From a virus: 41,698 nucleotides of DNA. The stretch spans positions 1 through 41,698 of the IMG/VR virus record IMGVR_UViG_3300045988_115336; one strand, given 5' to 3'. The translations under genes and the position numbers were made by a program. Shown here piece after piece: positions 1 to 7,208 of the stretch; position 1 is the first letter of the stretch; each line of letters opens with the position of its first letter. The notes beneath the pieces were generated by a model. The model saw nothing but the letters and a program-made list of their open reading frames with translations. It searched no databases and had not been told where the DNA came from.

Positions 1-55
1 AAACCATCCTAAATATATAAGAAAAACTGTAAAATGTGATTATTGTGGAAAAAAA
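1..55. repeat. Terminal overlap: bases 1-55 are identical to 41644-41698, indicating a circular or circularly permuted contig
   Basis: Direct comparison of both ends shows an exact 55/55 match. An ORF reads through the junction without a stop. Confidence 0.95.
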
Positions 56-520
56 ATAAAGATTAAAAATTACAAATTAGAAGATAATAAAAAACACTAT
101 TGTAGTAGAGAGTGCCAATATAGAGATTTTACAGGTAGGAAAAATACAAAAGAATATAAACATATGATGAGGGAAATAACACCAAGAGGAGAAAATAGTC
201 CACATTGGAAATTTGAAAAAACTGATGAAGAACGATTAATAGGAAGAGCTACACCTGAAGACCACGAATGGAGGGTAAGAGTTCTCGAAAGAGATAATTA
301 TACTTGTCAAGTTTGTGGTAAAAGAGGTGGGGATTTATGTGTTCATCATATTAATGGTTATCATTGGGATAAAGAACATAGACATGACATAAATAACGGA
401 ATTACTCTTTGTAAACATCACCATAAAGAATTTCATAAAATTTATGGAAATAAAAACAATACTAAAGAACAATTTGATGAATATATTAATAAAATACATG
501 TTAATACCGAGGTAAACTAA
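2..520 (+). CDS. Intron-encoded HNH endonuclease, C-terminal part (same ORF as 41417..41698; about 248 aa on the circle)
   Basis: The frame is open from base 2 and continuous with the ORF running off the window end. It has an HNH motif (CQVCG...HHINGY...NGITLC..HH) and resembles the 277-aa ORF at 5569-6402. Confidence 0.85.
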   Translation, partial: NHPKYIRKTVKCDYCGKKIKIKNYKLEDNKKHYCSRECQYRDFTGRKNTKEYKHMMREITPRGENSPHWKFEKTDEERLIGRATPEDHEWRVRVLERDNYTCQVCGKRGGDLCVHHINGYHWDKEHRHDINNGITLCKHHHKEFHKIYGNKNNTKEQFDEYINKIHVNTEVN

Positions 521-712
521 GAAGTTAAAAAGTCTTAGTCACCGTAACGCATAGGAATTGAACCTATGCTTTTTTATTGAAAAAAGTATAGAATAAAATA
601 TTCCCACGAGTGGTTAACACCTTAGCAAGTAAAGTTGAAGGTGAAAATATATGCTGAACTTATAGGAAACTATAAGAACTATAGGATAAAAAGCCTATAG
701 GATAACAAATTG

Positions 713-1421
713 AGAACTAACAGACGAAGCAGTATTATCAGGATATGGTAATCCTGTAGGTGAAACAAATAACCAAATAGCAAAATCAATAGCTTCTAAA
801 GTAGATAACGATGCAATAGATGTTTTATTTAATGCACAATTAATTTATGATGGCTCAGGCGGAATTATAAATTATGACAGAATAGTTGACGCAATAGATG
901 TATTTGATGAAGAATTAAATACAGAAAAAGCGATGTTTGTAAATCCCAAACAAGTTACACAATTAAGAAAAGATGCTAATTTTATATCTGCAGACAAATA
1001 TACTGGTCAAGTAGTTATGAATGGAGAAATAGGTAAAATAGCTAATTGCAGAATTGTAGCAACTAAAAAAGCTAAATTAGTGGATGAATGGTACTCTTTC
1101 TGCGAAAGTGGAACAAATAGTGCAGTAGAAGTAACATCTAGCAACTTAGCAACAATACAAGCTACATTGCCAAATGCAAAAGAAGGCGATTATGTATTAA
1201 AATCAACTACTGCAGTATACTTTAATCCAATTATAAAACTTAATAATGATGCTGAAACAGAAGAAGATACTGCTGCTTTAACTGTATACTTAAAAAGAGA
1301 TACAAATGTAGAAACAGATAGAGTATCTTTAGCAAGAAAAACTGATATATCTGCTGACAAACACTATACTGCAGTCTTATCAAATGCAGCTAAAGTTGTT
1401 TTAGCTAAATTTAAAAAATAA
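713..1421 (+). CDS. Major capsid protein, exon 3 (HK97-fold family)
   Basis: The frame is open from 714. It encodes ELTDEAVLSGYGNPVGE..., a conserved capsid motif, with no start codon or RBS of its own before Met at 933. Confidence 0.85.
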
Positions 1422-1436
1422 TAGGACGTGATTTAA

Positions 1437-1685
1437 ATGTCTGATATAGAAAAACTAAAACTAATTCTAAGGGAGAGTGATTCTCCCTTTTTTACTGATG
1501 AACAACTTCAATTTTATTTAGAGCAAAATGACAATGATATAAATAAAACTGCTTATGAATGCCTTCTAGCTAAAGCAGAAGATGATAGTATTGCCTTACC
1601 AGGTGGATTATCATTACCTAATAACAAAGATTACTGGGTAAGACTTGCTAAAAAATACAGACCGAATGGAAGTAAAATTTTATGA
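1437..1685 (+). CDS. Head-tail connector-like protein or hypothetical protein
   Basis: ORF directly after the capsid gene. The call rests on synteny only. Confidence 0.5.
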   Translation: MSDIEKLKLILRESDSPFFTDEQLQFYLEQNDNDINKTAYECLLAKAEDDSIALPGGLSLPNNKDYWVRLAKKYRPNGSKIL

Positions 1686-2053
1686 TAAATAAAGAAAAAA
1701 TTAAAGCAAAAGTTAAAAAAGCAATAAAGAAGCTTCCTTCTCGAGCAGTAGTTAAGCGAGCTTATACCAACGACTTTGGAGAAAAGTCAGACTTATTAGA
1801 ATTAGTATGCGAGCTAGAAGGCTTATATCATGAAGGTAGTAATCTTTCTATATCCTTGCAAGATAAAGGAGAGGTAAAGACTGATAAAGGTTTATATTTT
1901 CTAATTGCTTATGATGAGACTGCTAAGCTCATACAAAAAGATGATTACATCTATATAGAAGGCTATAAATATCAAATTAAGGACCTTGGAAACATAAATA
2001 AAATGGATATTTATATGGATATGAAGCTTCAAGAGGTGAGTTACGTTGAGTAG
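1682..2053 (+). CDS. Head closure or head-tail adaptor-like hypothetical protein
   Basis: ATGA overlap with the upstream ORF; position in the morphogenesis module. Confidence 0.5.
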   Translation: MINKEKIKAKVKKAIKKLPSRAVVKRAYTNDFGEKSDLLELVCELEGLYHEGSNLSISLQDKGEVKTDKGLYFLIAYDETAKLIQKDDYIYIEGYKYQIKDLGNINKMDIYMDMKLQEVSYVE

Positions 2054-2477
2054 TGGATTTAATTTTGATGCTAGTCAAATTTTGGGAAACTTGTCAGCTC
2101 AACCAGCTAGATTTAAAGCTAGTATGAGTGCTTATGCTTCTAGTAGTGCAATAAAACTACAAAACTATGCTAGGCAAAATAAACCATGGAAAGACCATAC
2201 ACACGATGCTAGAAATAGACTTAGCGCTGACTGGGAATGGCGAGGCAATAAAATAGTAATAGCACTATCACATGGAGTTGACTATGGGATATATCTAGAA
2301 AAAGGAACATCACCGCATACTATAACAGGAAGCCCTTGGTTGTATTGGCAAGGCGCTAGTCATCCTGTTAAAAAAGTTAATCATCCAGGTACAAATCCTT
2401 ATCCAATTATAATGCCAGCTATCGAACATGTAGGTCCACAAATAATGGCTGGATTAACTGTATTATTAAGTAGGTGA
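2046..2477 (+). CDS. HK97 gp10-like head-tail joining protein
   Basis: TTG start overlapping the upstream stop. The sequence pattern (KDHTHDARNRL...GVDYGIYLE) and position fit the family. Confidence 0.55.
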   Translation: MSSGFNFDASQILGNLSAQPARFKASMSAYASSSAIKLQNYARQNKPWKDHTHDARNRLSADWEWRGNKIVIALSHGVDYGIYLEKGTSPHTITGSPWLYWQGASHPVKKVNHPGTNPYPIIMPAIEHVGPQIMAGLTVLLSR

Positions 2478-2481
2478 TCTA

Positions 2482-2829
2482 ATGTTTAAGGATTTATATA
2501 AATTTCTTAAAACTGCTGGACTAACTGTATTTTCTTTAGGGCAACAAGATAAAATTTGTACTACTCCATTTGTACTTTTTTATAACGCTGGGATAGAGGA
2601 TACAACAAGTAAAAATCTAAAAAAAGAGAGCATAGAGTTGTGGGTATTTTATCCGTTTAACGAGTATTCCAAGGTTGGTGGATATATAAAACGAGTTGAA
2701 GATACAGTAACTAAATTTGGCAAATTAAGAAAAGATTATGATAAATATGCTATTGAAATAGATAACGATATGAAAGCTTATTATACTAAGCTTACGTATT
2801 ACAGATATGTACAAAGGAGGTTGAGATAA
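2482..2829 (+). CDS. Tail completion or neck protein (hypothetical)
   Basis: Synteny, just upstream of the major tail gene. Confidence 0.45.
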   Translation: MFKDLYKFLKTAGLTVFSLGQQDKICTTPFVLFYNAGIEDTTSKNLKKESIELWVFYPFNEYSKVGGYIKRVEDTVTKFGKLRKDYDKYAIEIDNDMKAYYTKLTYYRYVQRRLR

Positions 2830-3389
2830 TGGCAACAGAGGTAACACTTAACCAACATGCACTTTCAGATGTGGCATGTGTAGAAATAGTTACAGAAGAT
2901 GAAAAAAGTTATACATTTGAAACTGCTTCAGAAGTAGGGATAGAAGAAGTGCTAGACGAAGGCGATGAACAAACTTTAAAAATAAAAAATGTATTATATG
3001 CGAATAGAAAAGCAGAAGATACATTATTAGGACACGATTTAACATTTACAGATAATCTTATGTGTCCTGAATTATTGGAGTTATTCCAAGGTGGTACGTT
3101 GACACCAGGGGAAGGTGGTAAATTCACATATACACCTCCAGCAATAGGGACAAAAGCAACTAAAAAGAAATTTACATGCAATATATATACTTGCGAAGTA
3201 TCAACAGATGGAGATACTGGAAAATATATAAAAGTATCTTATCCAAGTTGTGAGGGAACTAGCGTACCTTTTACGTTTAAAGATGGGGAATATTACACTA
3301 ATGAATATGTAATAAAATCTAGACCAGCTAAAAATGCAGCGCCTTATACAGCTTCTTTAGTAGATGCATTACCGACAACTGCTGTATAA
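2829..3389 (+). CDS. Major tail protein
   Basis: 186 aa. It lies immediately before the chaperone pair and tape measure, and is followed by an attenuator-type hairpin. Confidence 0.65.
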   Translation: MATEVTLNQHALSDVACVEIVTEDEKSYTFETASEVGIEEVLDEGDEQTLKIKNVLYANRKAEDTLLGHDLTFTDNLMCPELLELFQGGTLTPGEGGKFTYTPPAIGTKATKKKFTCNIYTCEVSTDGDTGKYIKVSYPSCEGTSVPFTFKDGEYYTNEYVIKSRPAKNAAPYTASLVDALPTTAV

Positions 3390-3411
3390 TAAAATATAAC
3401 AAATAGATTTT

Positions 3412-3445
3412 AGCCTTCCTAATTAACTTTAGGAGGGCTTTTATT
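3412..3445 (+). terminator. Rho-independent terminator or attenuator after the major tail gene
   Basis: AGCCTTCCTAA / TTAGGAGGGCT forms an 11-bp stem with one G.U pair and a 6-nt loop, followed by TTTATT. Confidence 0.6.
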
Positions 3446-3462
3446 ATGAAAGGAAATAGATA

Positions 3463-3912
3463 ATGGAAAATTTACAAGTAACAAGTTTAGAACAGTTAAA
3501 AAAAGTAAAACAAACCGATATAGTTAATTTAGGAAAATTTGAAGATGGAACAGAGTTTATAGCAGAGCTAAAAAGACCAGATGTGATGGCTTTAGCAGTT
3601 GAAGGTAAAATACCTAATACCCTTTTAACAGAAGTAACTAAGCTATTTAACGGCAAAAATAAACTAGCTAGTAAGGTATTGGAAAATAACGGAGATGCTT
3701 TTATACAGTTAGGGCAATTAATGGATATTTTAGCTAAAGCATCTTTAGTAAATCCGACAATGAAACAGTTGGATGAAATAAATGTGACTCTGACTCAAGA
3801 AATGAAAACAGCAATAATGATGTATTTCCAAAGTGGGGTTGAAGGATTAAAAAACTTTCGTAAAGAGCAAGAACGTATTGCGAATAATCAACCAAGCGCT
3901 GAAATTCAATAG
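3463..3912 (+). CDS. Tail assembly chaperone (gpG analogue)
   Basis: 149-aa acidic protein directly upstream of the tape measure. The next ORF overlaps it in another frame. Confidence 0.65.
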   Translation: MENLQVTSLEQLKKVKQTDIVNLGKFEDGTEFIAELKRPDVMALAVEGKIPNTLLTEVTKLFNGKNKLASKVLENNGDAFIQLGQLMDILAKASLVNPTMKQLDEINVTLTQEMKTAIMMYFQSGVEGLKNFRKEQERIANNQPSAEIQ

Positions 3913-4102
3913 ATTGCCTAGTGAAATTTTAAGGATAAAAGACGAATATGTGGCTTTTTGTTTTGATGAAGCTTGCTATTACATAATCAATCAAATGGAA
4001 AATAAGAAGAAACCTCATTTCTTTGATGAAGTAAGTGAAGATAAAAATAAGTATTATCTAAATGATTTCCTTCGAAAAGAAGCATTGAAAGGAGGATTTT
4101 AG
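3878..4102 (+). CDS. Tail chaperone extension (gpT analogue), probably made as a frameshift fusion
   Basis: This frame is open from 3851. There is only a TTG with no convincing RBS, and it overlaps the chaperone ORF by 62 nt. Confidence 0.45.
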   Translation: MRIINQALKFNRLPSEILRIKDEYVAFCFDEACYYIINQMENKKKPHFFDEVSEDKNKYYLNDFLRKEALKGGF

Positions 4103-4152
4103 AAGATAAATGTCGAATAATACAATTAAGTTAAAAGGAGGTCATTATCTAT

Positions 4153-4938
4153 ATGAGAGAAATTTGGAAAAATATAAAAGGGTACGAAGGAAAATATATG
4201 GTAAGTACAGATGGAAGAGTGAAAAGTATCAATTATAAAAATTCAAGTAGCCCTAACATATTAAAACAAGGCTTAGATAAATATGGATATAAACAATTAA
4301 CTCTTTATTCAAATGGGAGTAAGAAAACATTTAAAGTACATAGACTAGTAGCAGAAACATTTTTAGAAAATCCTAAAAATTTACCTCAAATTAATCATAA
4401 AGATGAAAACAAACAAAATAACAAAGTAGAAAATTTAGAATTTTGCTCAGCTTCATACAATATAAATTATGGAACTAGAAATAAAAAAACATCGGAAAAG
4501 TTAAAAGTAATAAGAAAAACTACAAGCCCTGTAAGTGGAGAAAATAATCCTATGTATGGCAAGCATCATACAGATGAGACCAAAAGGAAAATAAGTGAAG
4601 CACGCAAGGGTAAATACGCAGGGAAAAACAACCCTATGTATGGCAAACATAGGAGTGATGAAGTTAAAGAAAAACTCAGTAAAGCAAATAAAGGCAAGAA
4701 ATTACCAAAAGAAACTAAAAAGAAAATAAGCGAAGCTAATAAAGGGGAAAAACATCCTCAAGCTAAAAAAGTTATCTGCATAACAACAGGAGAAATATTT
4801 AATTATATAAAAGAGGCAACACAAAAATATAATATAGATAATTCAAGTATTACAAAATGCTGTAAAGGGAAAAGAAAATCAAGTGGCAAACATCCTATAA
4901 CAGGTGAAAAACTTGAATGGGGTTATTATGTTGAATAA
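4153..4938 (+). CDS. Free-standing HNH homing endonuclease (NUMOD4-like N-terminus, HNH_3-like core, repeated NUMOD-type helices)
   Basis: WKNIKGYEGKYMVSTDGRV, HRLVAETF...INHKDENKQNN, and repeats of GxNNPMYGKH..E.K.K.S. It has an AGGAGG RBS. Confidence 0.8.
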   Translation: MREIWKNIKGYEGKYMVSTDGRVKSINYKNSSSPNILKQGLDKYGYKQLTLYSNGSKKTFKVHRLVAETFLENPKNLPQINHKDENKQNNKVENLEFCSASYNINYGTRNKKTSEKLKVIRKTTSPVSGENNPMYGKHHTDETKRKISEARKGKYAGKNNPMYGKHRSDEVKEKLSKANKGKKLPKETKKKISEANKGEKHPQAKKVICITTGEIFNYIKEATQKYNIDNSSITKCCKGKRKSSGKHPITGEKLEWGYYVE

Positions 4939-4960
4939 AATAAAATATTAAATTATATTA

Positions 4961-4985
4961 ACAGGGGTTAAGCCCTGTTTTTTTA
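4961..4985 (+). terminator. Rho-independent terminator after the HNH gene
   Basis: ACAGGG gttaag CCCTGT followed by TTTTTTT. Confidence 0.7.
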
Positions 4986-5018
4986 TTGAATAAATTTGAT
5001 GGGGAGGTGAAAAATCCG

Positions 5019-5063
5019 ATGAGTGTAAATTTAGGTACAGCTATAGGATATCTCTCGAGCTAG
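5019..5063 (+). CDS. Tape measure N-terminal segment in a different frame (14 codons, then TAG)
   Basis: Strong RBS (GGGGAGGTGA, with GGAGG 7 nt upstream of the ATG). It encodes MSVNLGTAIGYL, a typical tape measure N-terminus. The continuation ELDSSRW is in the frame reached by a net +2/-1 shift at CUCUC 5052-5056. Confidence 0.5.
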   Translation: MSVNLGTAIGYLSS

Positions 5064-5107
5064 ATTCTAGCAGATGGACTAATAGTTATACTACAGCTAG
5101 ACAACAA

Positions 5108-5368
5108 ATGCAAACATTAGCTGACAGTTCGCAAAGTATGGGGAGTAGGTTTCAAGCTGCAGGTTCTATGCTTACAAGTGCGGGTTCTACATTAACCACA
5201 CATGTAACATTACCATTAGTCGGCATTGGGGCTGCTTCGGTAAAAACTGCTGCTGATTTTGAAAGTAGTATGAGTAATGTACAGGCTTTATCTGGTGCAA
5301 CTGGGGGAGAATTACAACAATTATCTGATTTAGCAAAAGAAATGGGAGCAAGTACACAATTTAGTGCT
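5108..5368 (+). CDS. Tape measure protein, exon 1 (frame open from 5000; first ATG at 5108 has no RBS)
   Basis: It encodes ...KEMGASTQFSA, the conserved tape measure core. The frame then reads into the intron and stops at 5387-5389. Confidence 0.8.
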
Positions 5369-5568
5369 AAAAAAAGATTGGCACACTAAATAGAAATATT
5401 TAGAAAAAATAAGCGAGCAATATCGGTAAAACACGTAACTGATTATTAAAATATGATATAATATAGTTAGGGATAGTTAAGGAAGTCGCGAGCCTTAATG
5501 AAAAGAAAGTTATCCGAGCTTTCTTCCCTGTTGATTAATCGGATGGATACTATCGGAGGTGTTTAAAA

Positions 5569-6402
5569 ATGAATTATAAAATTTGTTCAAAATGTAAAGA
5601 ATTAAAACCTTTAGATGCTTTTGAAAAAAGTAATTCTTGTAAAGATGGGCATAGAGGAACTTGTAAACAATGTAGACAAGAACAAAAAAATAAAAAACAT
5701 CAATTACAGTGTGAAGTATGTGGGGAAAAATTTACAAGTTCTAGAAAAGAAGCTAAATATTGCAGTGAAAAATGCCAACATTTAGCACGTAGAAATAGAG
5801 TAAAAGTGAAATGTTCATATTGTGGGAAAGAGCTAGAAGTTATAAAGTCAAAAGCAGACAGTCAAGAATATTTTTATTGTAATCAACAATGTAGAACAGA
5901 ACATTTAAAAACAATAATGAAAGGTACAAATAATCCTAACTTCAACAAAGTAAAATATAATTGTGATGGATGCAATAAAGAAATTTATATAAATCCTTAT
6001 AAAATAAAATCTCAAAAACATATATTTTGTTCTGAGGAATGTTACATAAAAAATATAGGTAAATTTTACAAAGGTGAAAATAATTCTAATTGGAATAAAA
6101 ATCTAACCTCAGAAGAAAGAGAATTAAAAAGAAGATATCCTAAATATTATGAATGGAGAAACAAAGTGTATGAGAGAGATAATTACACTTGCCAAATTTG
6201 TGGAAGTAGTAAGAGTGGAACATTAATAGCGCATCATTTAAATGGATATAACTGGGATATAGAGCATAGGACAGATATTGATAATGGAATAACTTTATGT
6301 ACTAGATGCCATAATGAATTTCATAATAAATTTGGATGCGGGAATAATACAAAAGAACAATTTGAACAATTTTTAAATATTAAATTACAAGTGTCTTTAT
6401 AA
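5569..6402 (+). CDS. Intron-encoded HNH endonuclease with N-terminal Cys4 zinc-ribbon-like modules
   Basis: GGAGGTG RBS. Repeated CxxC...CxxxC modules and a C-terminal HNH motif (CQICG...HHLNGY...NGITLC..CH). Confidence 0.85.
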   Translation: MNYKICSKCKELKPLDAFEKSNSCKDGHRGTCKQCRQEQKNKKHQLQCEVCGEKFTSSRKEAKYCSEKCQHLARRNRVKVKCSYCGKELEVIKSKADSQEYFYCNQQCRTEHLKTIMKGTNNPNFNKVKYNCDGCNKEIYINPYKIKSQKHIFCSEECYIKNIGKFYKGENNSNWNKNLTSEERELKRRYPKYYEWRNKVYERDNYTCQICGSSKSGTLIAHHLNGYNWDIEHRTDIDNGITLCTRCHNEFHNKFGCGNNTKEQFEQFLNIKLQVSL

Positions 6403-6414
6403 GACACTTTTTTT
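6391..6414 (+). terminator. Terminator-like hairpin at the end of the intron ORF
   Basis: GTGTCTT tat AAGACAC followed by TTTTTTT, overlapping the HNH stop codon. Confidence 0.45.
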
Positions 6415-6645
6415 ATACAAATAATCAGATGTCAATACCGAGATAACTTTATAGATTGCGAAAGGCTATAAAGTATCGTAGAGCGTAGATAGTGAATAAA
6501 TATAATCTATCCAAGAGTGTTCGCCACCTTACCATTAAGTTGAAGGTGAAAATGTACGCCAAACTGGGTTTGAAATGACAAACCGATGAAAATGAGGGAA
6601 ACCTCCAGAGGTTAGGATAAAAAGCCTAACGATAATAACGATTTG

Positions 6646-6783
6646 AGTCAATGTGCAGATGCTCTTAGCTACATGGCATTAGCTGGTTGGGACACTCAAC
6701 AATCAATGGATGCACTTCCAGGGGTATTAAACCTTGCTGCTGCATCGGGTATGGATTTAGCAAATGCCAGCGACGCGGTGACT
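6646..6783 (+). CDS. Tape measure protein, exon 2 (46 codons)
   Basis: An open 138-nt frame encodes SQCADALSYMALAGWDTQQSMDALPGVLNLAAASGMDLANASDAVT, a conserved tape measure core. It has no start codon. Confidence 0.8.
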
Positions 6784-7208
6784 AAAAAATATTGGTCGGT
6801 TACTTGGAAACAAGTAGCATAAAGCATCGAGGAAAAACGGGGAAGGTTAAACTTTGTTTAAAGATATCGTTACCCTTGAAAATACTAATTATATATCAAA
6901 TTAAGGAATTTTTAAACAAGCAAATTAATCCCGTGACAAACTAAGAAATTAAAAAATCTTAGTCGTTGTAGAGCGTAGGTATTGAACCTATGCTTTTTAT
7001 TTTTAAAAAGTGTAGAATATAATATACCCACGAGTCCTCGACACGATTATATATAGGATAATCTGAAAACCTAACGTAAAACGAGGGTGAAAAGGTACGC
7101 CAAACTAGGTATGAAATGACATACCGATGAGATAAGGAATTGCACAACTTATCAAATGAGGGAAACTTCTAGAGGTTGAGATAAAAAGCTCAACGTTAAT
7201 AACAAATG
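6784..7208 (+). mobile_element. Group-I-type intron TMP-i2 (425 nt, ORF-less)
   Basis: The 5' splice site follows U6783, and UGACU pairs with GGUCG at 6794-6798. The intron ends ...TAATAACAAATG. Joining the exons gives SDAVT|DILSAFG. Its core is homologous to TMP-i1 and MCP-i2. Confidence 0.8.

Larger units (their letters stand above)
1..712 (+). mobile_element. 3' portion of group-I-type intron MCP-i2 (continues from 41276..41643 across the circular junction, about 1080 nt in total)
   Basis: It ends in ...GATAACAAATTG (G at 712), like the two tape measure introns. Its core is homologous to 6403-6645 and 6930-7208, and joining 41275 to 713 restores the capsid frame. Confidence 0.8.
5369..6645 (+). 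mobile_element. Group-I-type intron TMP-i1 (1277 nt) carrying an HNH ORF
   Basis: The 5' splice site follows U5368, and GUGCU pairs with GGCAC at 5380-5384 as a P1 helix with a U.G pair. The 3' end is ...ATAACGATTTG. Joining the exons gives FSA|SQCADALSYMALAGW. Confidence 0.8.

Noticed and set aside
164-520. A stand-alone 118-aa HNH gene starting at ATG 164
   Set aside because: The frame is open back to base 2 and continues from 41417-41698 across the circular junction. The longer ORF has an RBS and aligns over its full length with the 277-aa paralogue.
2909-3181. 90-aa minus-strand ORF, plus the minus-strand ORF at 3444-3656
   Set aside because: They are antisense to the major tail and chaperone genes and have no support.
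3849-3855. A_AAA_AAC as the -1 frameshift site for the tail chaperone
   Set aside because: A -1 shift here reaches TAA after two codons, and the long downstream frame is +1, not -1.
5369-5389. The C-terminal KKRLAH tail of the 93-aa ORF
   Set aside because: It is read-through into the intron. The conserved tape measure sequence continues at 6646 instead.
6959-7147. 62-aa minus-strand ORF
   Set aside because: It is antisense to the conserved core of intron TMP-i2 and has no RBS. The region is better explained as structured RNA.
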